64,000 nucleotides of DNA from Heterodontus francisci (GCF_036365525.1 NC_090371.1:36253387-36317386), one strand, 5' to 3'. Positions 11,691-24,937 are shown, counted from the stretch's first letter. The notes: generated from the letters alone by a model not told the origin. Numbers and translations: made by a program.

Positions 11691-14600
11691 AGGTAAATTT
11701 TATATGGCTTTAAGGGAGGTTGGCATTGAGGGGTAACAATGGTTCTTCTGAACAAATACGGAATCGACGTTGTATCACTTCAATGGTATATGCTAACAGA
11801 ACTCTACCCTTTTCCCTAAGGACAGGTGGGGAGAGTCTCCTCCACTATTGCCCCTAACTCTCCGAGTTAGATTTAATTCCGTTGAGTCTCGGGTTGCTGA
11901 TATTAATGAGCACTAACTGGCAGAGAAACGCCCACACATTGATGTTTTAAATCCAAATAGCGATATAAATTAGTGAGAACAGTGAAAGCATCTGACCATC
12001 TCCTATAGTACTTTGAAATAATCGGAGCCACCTTTTTTAGTTCACGGATAATAAGCCAAGGGCAGTAACTTAAACATTTGTTCAGAAAGACGAAGGTAAA
12101 CCGAGTTCATGCGTTCAATAGGACAGGATCCTGTCAACGACATCATTAGTATTGAGAAACAAGTTGATACTCGGTCAAACTACATTGTGCCCGTGTTAAA
12201 GTTTGTCTAGGTCCCATCTTAACTTTCGAACTGTCCTATTAAAAACCTATTACAACCAATTAATTAAGTGTAGTCACTGTTGTAATGTAAGAAACAGCCA
12301 ATTTGCCACAAACACCAATGTGACAATGACCAGATAATCTGGTTGAGGATAAATATTCAGCCAGGATACTGGGGACATACTTTGAGCCTCAAAGTTGTGG
12401 GACTGAAGCTTCACTCTAAGTCTTGAGCCCATTATCTATACTGCACTTCAGTCCTGAGAGAGCTCTCCATTACTTTTTGGATCTGATGTTCAACCATGTT
12501 TAAGTGGATCTCATGGCACAAATTTTTAAGAGGAACAGGGATTTTTTCCTTCGCCCAACACCAAAAAGAAGGAATTGCATTTATATAGAACCTTTCATGA
12601 CCTCAGGACGGCCCAAAATGCTTTGCAGTCAATGTAGTACTTTTGAAGTGTAGTCACTGTAGTAATGTAGGAAATGAGACTGCCAATTTGCACACAGCAA
12701 GCTCCCACAAACAGCAATGTGACAATGACCAGTTAATGTCTTTTTCGCGATGTCAGTTAAGGGATAAATATTGGCCAGAACCAGCAAAAATAAATGTGGG
12801 AATACATTCAATTTAGTTCTGTTTGCGAAATCTTGCTGTGAACAAAATGCCTGCCATAGCTGTCTACAAATAATGGTGACTAAGTTTCAAAAGTAATTTA
12901 TTAGATAGTATGTGCTTTGACACATCCTGAGTATGTGGCATGGTTGCTATATAAACGTTAAGTGTTTCGCCTTTTGTTTTTCTCTTTCTCAGCTTGCTTT
13001 CTTTGCTCCTTGCTGTCTCACGTCTGCCCTGCAGCTAACCTGATATTACTAATACACTGTATGTAGCTTGACACACTGAACGTTAGAACCCAGTTAGAAC
13101 TGCATCAAGACAGTTAATTACATTCATCATCAATGTATAACAAGGCATCTTTGGTTCTTATAATGCCTGGTCTATGGCCAGATGGTGGATGTGAGATTAA
13201 TTGAGATTTACAAGACTGACATTGATTGACTTTTATTAGGTAAGGATCTCATGGGATAAGAAGCAGAAGCAGGTAAATGACGTTGAGGTACAGATCAGCC
13301 ATGATCTAATTAAATGGCAGAACAGGTTCAAGGGTCTGAATGACTTACTCCTCTTATGTTCCCATAGAAATACAGTGTGAACAGGATGGCAACCATTCAA
13401 ACATAAACAATGTGGGATATAAAATTCTAAAGATATCTTCAAGAGTATACTTGCTTTACCTTTGCGAATAGGGCTAAACATTTCAGAATCTTTCCTCATG
13501 AGTTTAAGTGAGTTTGATGGAGTCCAAGATTCAACAAATTGTGCATGATCATTAGGAACAATGTTTGCTCAGCTAAATGGCTGTTTTTCATTCCTTATTT
13601 ATTTATTCATTTATTTACTTACAGCAGGAGATAATAGCTAGGTTGTGAGGAACAGTTATTGTACTCCTTAGATTATTATTCTTATTAACTATTGCCTTCT
13701 GTCATAAAAGTCTGGAACTCATCCAGCTGTAGGTTTCTCCATTCCTGCAATCTATAGGGTTTAAAACCCAAGCCCACTTCTGTCCAAGTCTTTCACTCTG
13801 CACTATGGGCCTTGGCCCTCTGTACGAATCAAATCATAGCAGACACACTTTTGTGGTGGAGTTTTCTATAATTAAGAGAATCCTAAGCTTTGTTGTTATC
13901 ACAGGAAACTTTATTAAATACAATAAATGCTGCACTAGTGCTGCAGTCTATGTAAAAAAAACAACAACCTTTTGTTTATTTTTACAAATTAGGTTAACAT
14001 TACCTGAGCTCGATATATGTTCTAATATTTGCAAAAGTTTATCAAAGTATTTTACAATAAAATAAAATACAAATCCATTGATGCCCTTTACAATATTAAC
14101 CCCTTGAAAATACAGTTATGCTTTCAAATGCTTTATTAAATTAAATGTAGCCTTTCATACCGATTAAACCATCATATTAATTCGTTAACTCAACAGCCGT
14201 GGTTTCTGGAAAGGCTTGAGTAAAGCACTTTGCACTAGTCGTGAAACAATGCCTTCTGTCTGCCCGAGTATTTCTCGATATTCATTATATTGATGATTCA
14301 TTGCCAAAGCTTATCATCTTATGAGCAGTGAAACCCACCCATACAAGAGGTGCCTTTCTAATGGGAGGGACAGTGGTATTCAAGAGTTTCTTGAAATCAC
14401 TCAAATCACCTTCTGATTTTATTTTTAAAGGGCATGAAGGAAGAATAAGGAAGTGTAATTATAATGATATGTCAACCTGCACATGAGGAGCACTATCTAT
14501 ATATATAATACATGTATGTATTTATATATATAAATATAAAATATATGTTATTGATGTTCTTGTTATAATAATCTTCTTTCTTCTTTGGCCTCCTTATCTC

Positions 14601-17567
14601 GAGAGACAATAGGTAAGCGCCTGGAGGTGGTCAGTGGTCAGTTATAATAATAATTGATAGTTAATAGTGGCTGTTTCAGGAGCTAGTGCCAGCATTAACA
14701 CACTGACTTTCATGACCTCTTCCTACTCAGAAATTTCTGTGATTCTATTGTGCCCTGGATATATTTCCACCCGCTGTGGACGCTGTAAAACCTGAGATCA
14801 GTTTGTCGAAATATCTAAGACCAATACCTGATTATAGATTCTTCCAATTTTCTGGGGCTACTGAAAGAGGTTTTCAATTAATGTATTAATCATAGTAAGA
14901 TGTAGCTAGCATGATAAGTCCAAGGGTAAAAAGGACACTTAAGTGACAAATGTAATTAAAATGGTTTAGATTTGATTGTTATATTTGTTCAACTACAATT
15001 AAATTCCCTACAGTTTAGAAGGTTGCAGAGTGATCTAATTGAGTTCTTTACATAGGGATCCATAGAATCATAGAATGGTTACGACACAGAGGAGGCCATT
15101 CAGCCCATTGTGCCCATGCCAGCTCTCTGTAAGAGCTAGCTAGTCATTTCCTCTGATGGGATAATCCAGAACAAAAATGTGTAATCTTAAAATTAAAGAT
15201 AAGCAATTTAGGAGCAAAAATCAGGAAACACCTTTTCATACAAAGGTTATGAAAATCTGGAATTCACTCCATCAAAGAGCTGGAAATGCTGGGTCTGTTG
15301 AAATTTTCAAGACAATGATCAAAGTACTTTTGTAAGGTCAGTGTGTCAAGGGATATGGAGCAAAGGCGAGTAAATAGAGTTGAGGTACAGATCAACCATA
15401 ATCTAATTGAATGGCAGACAGGCTCAAGAGGCTGAATGGCCTATTCCTGTTCCCGTATTCCTAAAATTACTAAAGAAATTAAAATAAAAGCAAAATACTG
15501 CAGATGCTGGAAATCTGAAATAAAAACAGAAAGTGCTGGAAATACTCAGCAGGTCAGGAAGCATCTGTGGAGAGAAAAGCAGAGTTAACGTTTCAGGTTT
15601 GTGACCTTTCATCAGAACCGTAATGTTAACTCTGCTTCTAATGTTTTAGGTTCCATTTTCTCACATAACAGTCACTGTAATTCAAAAGTGTGATTAATTG
15701 TATAGATCACGTTGAAATGTCCTGAAGTAATAATGTGCTCTTTAAACATAAATATATTTTTCCATCTTGGAGGTGGTAGCCACTTTGAAAAGTCTGGCAT
15801 CTGATGAGCTGATATCTGGCTTGAAAGGCCAAATATTGCTTATTGCAAAAATGATTACTTCATTGACATGTTGAAATCAACTTTGACACAATTTTCCACC
15901 TTAGATACATGAGTGGTCTCACTCGATGGGTTATTTCAACCCTGGGGCATGCATCTTGTTCAGAATAGCTCATCCATGGCACAGTAGGAGCTCAATTTAA
16001 ACAGACTGTCCCTAGTGGCTAAGGACGACACTGAGGTTTAAACAATAACAGCCACGACCTCTCTATAGTCACCTAACATATTTACTCGAGTTAGTGTTAT
16101 GTAATGTTTTACACAGGCAGTAATACATTATGGTGATTTTTTTTGGTTGACTGCTCATTTTTACAAATAGTCTCATGTTAATATAAATCAGACTTTTTGG
16201 TGAACTGTCAAACTTTGGCTTTACAATTACTATCCTTAATTCAGTAAAATATCTATTTAGGATTGAGCACAGAAACGTCCGAATAATTATATTCAGCAAG
16301 TGTTGAATAATTGAATGCAGCATTTTAATTAGATATTCACCTGGTTTCTTGAGGCAACAGAAGATTTATTAAACGTTGCCCTCTTGTGCCTGTTTTCCAA
16401 ATTCACTCCTATTTCCACATTAAACTCTATGCAAAGTGCATTGGGTTTTTAAGGTTAGCATATCGGCATATTTTTTGGTGATGAGTAATGTTACTTTTTG
16501 ATCATGATAAATTCTAAATAATTTTTGTTTGTCTTTTTCATTCATTTTTCCACATCCATTTTCAGTTATAGTTGGTCCCATTTTCTCGAAATGACTTGCT
16601 ATCTTGATATGAAATTGACAGAAAACATTCTGAAGGGTGTTGTGTAGTTTCCAGCATTGTTTTACAATATTTTGATCACTCGCTTTAATGAAGGAGCCAA
16701 TCAATGTGCCAACATTCCCCAGAAAGCGAGTTTAGAAACAGGGAAACCCTGCTAAAGAGCTTAGAAAATTTTACTGGATCAAAATTTTGTTAAATGTTTT
16801 ATTACTCTTCTTCCTGCGTAAACCTTAAACTACCCTTTTACTGGAGTATTGAATGTAATTCTTCACTTAGTATGTCAATTGAATGAAATGCTACCACGCT
16901 TCATAGTAAAGGAATCATTTATGTAAAGAACTTTTCCCAAAGAACCCATTGAGGGCATGAAAGCAGAACTAGCTAATGTGAACCGGCAAATTAGGGTAAG
17001 TGATAGGTCAATAGGCAGACATTTAATAGGATATTTCAGAATACACAGAATAGATACATTTCCACGAGAAAGAAAAATTCCAAGGGTGGGACCATCTGTG
17101 GTTAACTAAAACAGTTAAAGACAGTATCAAACTTAAAGAAAAATCCTATATTTGCGCTAAGATGGGAGGCAGGTCAGAAGATTGGACAGATTATAAAAAA
17201 ACAGCAAAGAATGACTATTGATTGATAAGGAAGGTAAAATTAGAGTACGAGAGAAAGCTAGCTAGAAATATAAAGACAGATAGTATGAGTTTCTATAGAT
17301 ATTTTTAAAAAGAAAAGAGGTAACAAAGTGAGCATTGGTTCTATAGAAAATGAGTCTGGGGAATTAATAATAGATAATAAGAAGATGGCAGATGAATTGA
17401 ACAGATATTTTGCATCTGTCTTCACTATTGAGGATACAAGTAACATCCCATTAGTAGCTGTAAGTCAGGAAATGGAAGGGAGGGAGGAATTCAAGAAAAT
17501 TACAATCACCAGGGAAGTGGTACTGAACAAATTGTTGGAGTTGCGGGCTGACAAGTCCCCGGGTCCT

Positions 17568-20500
17568 TTTTTTTTTATTCATTCATGGGATGTGGGCGTC
17601 ACTGGCTATGCCAGCATTTATTGCTCATCCCTAATTGCCCTTGAGAAGGTGGTGGTGAGCTGCCTTCTTGAACTGCTGCAGTCCATGTGAGGTAGGTACA
17701 CCCACAGTGCTGTTAGGAAGGGAGTTCCAGGATTTTGACCCAACGACAGTGAAGGAACGGCGATATAGTTCCAAGTCAGGATGGTGTGTGACTTGGACGG
17801 GAACTTGCAGGTGGTGATGTTCCCATGCATCTGCTGCTCTTGTCCTTCGAGGTGGTAGAGGTCGCGGGTTTGGAAGGTGCTGTCGAAGGAGCCTTGGTAC
17901 ATTGCTGCAGTGCATCTTGTAGATGGTACACACTGCTGCCACTGTGCGTCGGTGGTGGAGGGAGTGAATGTTTGTAGATGGGGTGCCAATCAAGCGAGAT
18001 GCTTTGTTCTGGATGGTATCGAGCATCTTGAATGTTGTTGAAGCTGCACCCATCCAGGCAAGTGGAGAGTATTCCATCACACTCCTGACTTGTGCCTTGT
18101 CGATGGTGGACAGGCTTTGGGGAGTCAGGAGGTGAGTTACTTGCCACAGGATTCCTAGCCTCTGACCTGCTCTTGTAGCCACGGTATTTATATGACTACT
18201 CCAGTTCAGTTTCTGGTCAATGGTAGCCCCTAGGATGTTGATAGTGGGGGATTCAGCGATGGTAATGCCATTGAAAGTCAAGGGGAGATGATTAGATTCT
18301 CTCTTGTTGGAGGTGGTCATTGCCTGGCACTTGTGCGGCACAAATGTTACTTGCCACCTATCAGCCCAAGCCTGGATATTCTCTAGGTCTTGCTGCATTT
18401 CTACATGGACTGCTTCAGTATTTGAGGAGTAGCGAATGGTGCTGAACATTGTGCAATCATCAGCGAACATCCCCACTTCTGACATTATGATTGAAGGAAG
18501 GTCATTGATGAAGCAGCTGAAGATGGTTGGGCCTAGGACACTACCCTGAGGAACTCCTGCAGTGATGTCCTGGAGCTCAGATGATTGACCTCCAACAACT
18601 ACAGTCATCTTCCTTTGCGCTAGGTATGACTCCAACCAACAGAGAGTTTTCCCCCTGATTCCCATTGACCTCAGTTTTGCTGGGGCCCCTTGGTGCCATA
18701 CTTGGTCAAATGCTGCCTGGATGTCTAGTGCAGTCACTCTCACCTCACCTCTTGAGTTCAGTTCTTTTGTCCATGTTTGAACCAAGACTGTAATGAGGTC
18801 AGGAGCTGAGTGGCCCTGGCGGAACCCAAACTGAGCATCACTGAGCAGGTTATTGTTAAGCAAGTGCCGCTTGATAGCACTGTCGATGACACCTTCCATC
18901 ACTTTACTGATGATTGAGAGTAGACTGATGGGGCGGTAATTGGCCGTGTTGGACTTGTCCTGCTTTTTGTATACAGGACATACCTGGGCAATTTCCACAT
19001 TGCAGGGTAGATGCCAGTGTTGTCGCTGTACTGGAACAGCTTGGCTAGGGGCGCAGCAAGTTCTGGAGCACAGGTCTTCAGTACTATTGCTAGAATATTG
19101 TCAGGACCCATAGCCTTTGCAGTATCCAGTGCCTTCAGTCGTTTCTTGATATCACGTGGAGTGAATCGAATTGGCTGAAGTCCAGCATCTGTGATGCTGG
19201 GGACTTCAGAAGGGGGCTGAGATGAATCATCAACTCGGCACTTCTGGCTGAAGATTGTTGCAAATGCTTCTGCCTTATCTTTCGCACTAATTTTCTGGGC
19301 TCCCCCATCATTGAGGATGGGGATATTTGTGGAGCCACCTCCTCCAGTTAGTTGTTTAATTGTCCACCACCATTCACGACTGGATGTGGCAGGACTGCAG
19401 AGCTTAGATCTGATCCGTTGGTTATGGGATCGCTTAGCTCTGTCGATTGCATGCTGCTTATGCAGTTTGGCACACAGATAGTCCTGGGTTGTACCTTCAC
19501 TGGGTTGACACCTCATTTTGAGGTATGCCTGGTGCTGCTCCTGGCATGCCCTCCTGCATTCTTCACTGAACCAGGGTTGGTCTCCTGGCTTGATGGTAAT
19601 GGTCGAGTGGGGAATATGCCAGGCCATGAGGTTACAGATTGTGGTTGAGTACAATTCTGCTGCTGCTGATGGCCCACAGCGCCTCATGGATGCCCAATTT
19701 TGCATTGCTAGATCTGTTCGTAATCTATCCCATTTAGCACAGTGATAGTGCCACACAACACGATGGACGGTATCCTCAATGTGAAGGCGGGACTTCGTTT
19801 CCACAAGGACTATGCGGTGGTCACTCCTACCAATACAGTCATGGACAGAAGCATCTGCGGCAGGCAGATTGGTGAGGACAAGGTCAAGTATGTTTTTCCC
19901 TCGTGTTGGTTCCCCCACCACCTGCCGCAGACCCAGTCTAGCAGCTACGTCCTTTATTACTTGGCCAGCTCGGTCAGTAGCGGTGCTACTGAGATACTCT
20001 TGGTGATGGACATTGAAGTCCCTCACCCAGAGTACATTTTGTGCCCTTGCCACCCTCAGTGCATCCTCCAAGTGGTGTTCAACATGGAGGAGTACTGACT
20101 CATCAGCTGAGGGAGGGCGGTAGGTGGTAATCAGTAGGAGGTTACCTTGCCCATGTTTGACCTGATGCCATGAGACTTCATGGGGTCCGGAGTCGATGTT
20201 GAGGACTCCCAGGGCAACTCCCTCCCTCCTGTAGACCACTGTCCCGCCACCTTTACTGGGTCTGTCCTGCCGGTGGGACAGAACATACCCAGGGATAGTG
20301 ATTGCAGTGTCTGGGACATTGTCTGTCAGGTACGATTCCGTGAGTATGACTATGTCAGGCTGTTGCTTGACTAGTCTGTGGGACAGCTCTCCCAACTTTG
20401 GCACAAGCCTCCAGATGTTAGTGAGGAGGACTTTGCAGGGTCGACAGGGCTGGGTTTGCCGTTGTCGTTTCCAGTGCCTAGGTCGATGCCGGGTGGTCCA

Positions 20501-20851
20501 TCCAGTTTCATTCCTTTTCATTGACTTCATAGAGGTTATGTACAACTGAGTGGCTTGCTAGGCCATTTCAGAGGGCATGTAAGAGTTAACCACATTGCTG
20601 TGGGTCTGGAGTCACATGTAGGCCAGACCAGGTAAGGACAGCAGATTTCCTTCCCTGAAGGACATTAGTGAACTAGATGGGTTTTTACAACAATGGTTTC
20701 ATGGCCATCATTAGACTAGCTTTTAATTCCAGATTTATTAATTAAATTCAAATTCCACCTTCTGCTGTGGTGGGATTCTGACCCCTGTCTCCAGATCAAT
20801 ACCTGGGTCTCTGGGTTACTGGTCCAGTGATAATACCACTACGCCACCGCC
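17568..20851 (-). mobile_element. Full-length single-ORF APE-RT LINE (CR1/L2 group, Zenon-like) with a tRNA-derived 5' head
   Basis: APE (TNIWRL, ILTES, DFNVH, SDH) and RT (ALDIQAAFDQVWH, GVPQGSVLGP, FADD) in 20545-17631 with one 1-bp frameshift near 18993. Short 3' UTR, (TGAA)n plus poly(A), TCCT on both flanks. A box at 20836-20846, B-box-like at 20773-20783. Confidence 0.9.
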
Positions 20852-21372
20852 TCCTGATGGACTTCATCCTCGGGTGTTAAAAGAAGTGGCTAGTGAGATA
20901 GTTGATGCATTAGTTTTAATTTTCCAAAATTCTCTAGATTCGGGGAAGGTTCCATTAGATTGGAAAATAGCAAGTGTTACTCCTTTATTCAAAAAGGGAG
21001 GGAGACAGAAAGCAGGAAACTACAGGCCAGTTAGCTTAACATCTGTCTTAGGGAAAATGTTAGAAGCTATTATCAAAGATGTTAAAGCAGGGCATTTAGA
21101 AAAATGCAAGGTAATCAGGCAGAGTCAACATGGTTTTGCGAAAGAGAAATCATGTTTAACCAATTTATTGGAGATCTTTGAGGGAGTTACATGTGCTGTG
21201 GATAAAGGGGATGTCTTGTACTTAGGTTTCCAAAAGGCATTTGATAAGGTGCCACATCAAAGGTTATTGCAGAAAATAAAAGCTCAGGGTGTATGTGGTA
21301 ACATATTGGCATGGATAGAAGATTGGCAGCTAACAGGAAACAGAGAGTAGGCATATAAACGGGTCATTTTTT

Positions 21373-21724
21373 TAGATTAGATTAGAGATACAGCACTGAA
21401 ACAGGCCCTTCGGCCCACCGAGTCTGTGCCGAACATCAACCACCCATTTAGACTAATCCTACACTAATCCCATATTCCCACCAAACATCCCCACCTGTCC
21501 CTATATTTCCCTACCACCTACCTATACTAGTGACAATTTATAATGGCCAATTTACCTATCAACCTGCAAGTCTTTTGGCTTGTGGGAGGAAACCGGAGCA
21601 CCCGGAGAAAACCCACGCAGACACAGGGAGAACTTGCAAACTCCACACAGGCAGTACCCGGAATCGAACCCGGGTCCCTGGAGCTGTGAGGCTGCAGCGC
21701 TAACCACTGCGCCACTGTGCCGCC
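21373..21724 (-). mobile_element. HE1-type V-SINE
   Basis: tRNA head ggcggcacagtggc, V-domain gtgggtttt...ccggtttcctcccac, CR1-like tail gggccgaagggcctgtttcagtgctgtatctc. Other copies at 32365-32690 (-), 39320-39672 (+), 43320-43610 (-), 44915-45271 (-). Confidence 0.85.
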
Positions 21725-22042
21725 AAGATGTAACGAGTGGTGTGTCACAGGGACCTGTGCTGGAGCCTCAACTTTTTGCAATTTATGTAAATGACTTAGA
21801 TGAAGGGACCGAAGGTATGGTTGCTAAATTTGCTGATGACACAAAGATAGGTAAGAAAGTAACTTATGAAGAGGACATAAGGGGGCTACAAAGGGATATA
21901 GGTAGGTTAATTGAGTGGACAAAGACCTGGCAAATGGAGTAGAACATAGAACATAGAACATACAGCACAGAACAGGCCCTTCGGCCCACAATGTTGTGCC
22001 GATCCTTTGTCCTCTGTCAAGGACAATTTAATCTATACCCCA

Positions 22043-24937
22043 TCATTCTCCTTTATCCATATACCTATCCAAAAGCCTTTTGAAAGTCCCTAAAGTTTCT
22101 GACTCAACAACTTCCCCGGGCAAGGCATTCCATGCCTCGACCACTCTCTGGGTAAAGAACCTTCCCCTGACATCCCCCTTATATCTCCCACCCTTCACCT
22201 TAAATTTATGACCCCTTGTAACGCTTTGCTCCACCCGGGGAAAAAGTTTCTGACTGTCTACCCTATCTATTCCCCTGATCATCTTATAAACCTCTATCAT
22301 GTCACCCCTCATCCTTCTCCTTTCTAATGAGAAGAGGCCTAGAATGTTCAGCCTTTCCTCGTAAGACTTATTCTCCATTCCAGGCAACATCCTGGTAAAT
22401 CTCCTCTGCACCCTCTCCAAGGCTTCCACATCCTTCCTAAAATGAGGCGACCAGAACTGCACACAGTACTCCAAATGAGGCCTTACCAAGGTCCTGTACA
22501 GCTGCATCATCACCTCACGGCTCTTAAATTCAATCCCTCTGCTAATGAACGCTAACACCCCATATGCCTTCTTCACAGCCCTATCCACTTGAGTTGCAAC
22601 TTTCAATGATCTATGCACATAGACCCCAAGGTCTCTCTGCTCCTCCACATGCCCAAGAACCCTACCGTTAACCCAGTATTTTGCATTCATGTTTGTCCTT
22701 CCAAAATGGACGACCTCACACTTTTCAGGGTTAAACTCCATCTGCCACTTTTCAGCCCAGCACTGCAACCTATCCAAGTCCCTTTGCAGACGACAATAGC
22801 CCTCCTCGGTATCCACAACTCCACCAACCTTTGTATCATCTGCAAATTTACTGACCCACCCTTCGACTTCCTCATCCAAGTCGTTAATAAAAATCACAAA
22901 CAGGAGAGGACCCAGAACTGATCCCTGCGGCACGCCACTGGTAACTGGGCTCCAGGCTGAGTATTTACCATCTAAGACCACTCTCTGCCTTCTATCAGTT
23001 AGCCAATTCTTAATCCAACTGGCCACATTCCCCACTATCCCATGCCTCCTGACTTTCTCCATAAGTCTACCATGGGGGACCTTATCAAATGCCTTACTAA
23101 AATCCATGTACACCACATCCACTGGTTTACCCTCATCCACTTGCTTGGTCACCTGCTCAAAGAATTCAATCAGGCTTGTGAGGCAAGACCTACCCCTCAC
23201 AAAACCGTGCTGACTGTCCCGAATCAAGCAGTGTCTTTCCAGATGCTCAGAAATCCTATCCCTCAGCACCTTTTCCATCAACTTGCCTACCACCGAAGTA
23301 AGACTAACTGGCCTGTAATTCCCAGGGTTGTTCCTATTCCCTTTCTTGAACAGGGGCACAACATTTGCCACCCTCCAATCACCTGGTACCACCCCCGTCA
23401 GCAGAGAAGATGAAAAGATCATTGCCAGCGGCTCTGCAATTTCATCCCTTGCTTCCCATAACATCCTTGGATATACCCCGTCAGGCCCGGGAGACTTGTC
23501 TATCTTCAAGTTATTCAAAAACCCCAACACGTCTTCCCTCCTAACGAGCACTTCCTCGAGCTTACCAGTCTGTTTCACACCGTCCTCTTCAGTAATACAC
23601 CCCTTCTCATTCGTAAATACCGAAGAGAAGTACTCATTCAAAACCTCACTTATCTCTTCCGGCTCAACACACAGTCTCCCGCTATTGTCCTTGACCGGAC
23701 CTACGGTCCCCCTAGTCATCCTCATATTTCTGACATACGCGTAAAAGGCCTTGGGGTTTTCTTTTATCCTACCCGCCAAGCATTTTTCATGCCCTCTCTT
23801 AGCTCTCCTAATCCCTTTCTTCAGATCCTTCCTGGCCATCTTGTATCCCTCCAGAGCTATGCCTGTGCCCTTTTTCCTCAACTTTATATACGCATCCTTC
23901 TTCTTCCTAACAAGACTCTCAACCTCTCTTGTCAACCACGGTTCCCTCACATGACCATCCCTTCCCTGTCTGACAGGGACATGCTTATCAATGGCCCCTA
24001 CTATCTGCTCCTTGAAAAAGTTCCACATTTCGACCGTGCCCTTCCCTGCCAGCATATGCTCCCAACTTATGCTCCTCAGTTCCTGCCTGACAGCATCATA
24101 TCTACCCTTCCCCCAATTGTAAACCTTGCCCTGTTGCACATACCTATCCCTCTCCATTACCACAGTGAATGCTACAGAATTGTGATCACTATCTCCAAAG
24201 TGCTCGCCCACCAACAGCTCTATCACTTGCCCTGGTTCATTACCTAGTACCAAATCCAATATTGCCTCCCCTCTGGTCGGGCAGTCTACATACTGCGTCA
24301 GAAAAGCTTCCTGGACATACTGCACAAACACTACCCCATCCAAACTATTCGATCTAAAGAGTTTCCAATCAATATTTGGGAAGTTGAAATCCCCCATAAT
24401 TACTACCCTGTGACTTCTGCTCCTTTCCAAAATCTGTTTCCCAATCTGCTCTTCCACCTCCCTGCTGCTATTGGGGGGCCTATAGAAAACTCCCATCAAG
24501 GTGACTGCTCCTTTCCTGTTCCTGACCTCAACCCACAGTGCCTCAGTCGGCAGATCCTCCTCGAAAATTCTTTCAGCAGTTGTTACACTATTTCTAACTA
24601 ACAATGCCACCCCCCCACCTCTTTTACCACCATTCCTAATCTTATGAAAACATCTATAACCAGGTACCTCCAAAAACCATTCCTCCCCCTCACCTATCCA
24701 CGTTTCAGTGATGGCCACAACATCGTAGTCCCAAGTGCCCATCCACGCCTTCAATTCACTCACCTTATTCCTGATGCTTCTTGCGTTGAAGTATACGCAC
24801 TTTAACCCTTCTCCGTGCCCATCTGTCCTCTGTGACAGTGCTACCTTCCCCAATACCTCACTACACTCTTTGTCTTTCTGAGTGGACCCACTGGTCCCTG
24901 GATTACAAGTCCGGTTCCCATCCCCCTCCCAAACTAG
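22043..24937 (-). CDS. CR1 ORF2 (APE endonuclease plus reverse transcriptase), open from the ORF1 stop, no N-terminal AUG
   Basis: YFNARS, ITETW, GDFN, SDHN, YMDFSKAFDK, GVPQGSVLGP, KFADD. No stops over 964 codons. Confidence 0.9.
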   Translation of the reverse strand, partial: LVWEGDGNRTCNPGTSGSTQKDKECSEVLGKVALSQRTDGHGEGLKCVYFNARSIRNKVSELKAWMGTWDYDVVAITETWIGEGEEWFLEVPGYRCFHKIRNGGKRGGGVALLVRNSVTTAERIFEEDLPTEALWVEVRNRKGAVTLMGVFYRPPNSSREVEEQIGKQILERSRSHRVVIMGDFNFPNIDWKLFRSNSLDGVVFVQYVQEAFLTQYVDCPTRGEAILDLVLGNEPGQVIELLVGEHFGDSDHNSVAFTVVMERDRYVQQGKVYNWGKGRYDAVRQELRSISWEHMLAGKGTVEMWNFFKEQIVGAIDKHVPVRQGRDGHVREPWLTREVESLVRKKKDAYIKLRKKGTGIALEGYKMARKDLKKGIRRAKRGHEKCLAGRIKENPKAFYAYVRNMRMTRGTVGPVKDNSGRLCVEPEEISEVLNEYFSSVFTNEKGCITEEDGVKQTGKLEEVLVRREDVLGFLNNLKIDKSPGPDGVYPRMLWEARDEIAEPLAMIFSSSLLTGVVPGDWRVANVVPLFKKGNRNNPGNYRPVSLTSVVGKLMEKVLRDRISEHLERHCLIRDSQHGFVRGRSCLTSLIEFFEQVTKQVDEGKPVDVVYMDFSKAFDKVPHGRLMEKVRRHGIVGNVASWIKNWLTDRRQRVVLDGKYSAWSPVTSGVPQGSVLGPLLFVIFINDLDEEVEGWVSKFADDTKVGGVVDTEEGYCRLQRDLDRLQCWAEKWQMEFNPEKCEVVHFGRTNMNAKYWVNGRVLGHVEEQRDLGVYVHRSLKVATQVDRAVKKAYGVLAFISRGIEFKSREVMMQLYRTLVRPHLEYCVQFWSPHFRKDVEALERVQRRFTRMLPGMENKSYEERLNILGLFSLERRRMRGDMIEVYKMIRGIDRVDSQKLFPRVEQSVTRGHKFKVKGGRYKGDVRGRFFTQRVVEAWNALPGEVVESETLGTFKRLLDRYMDKGE

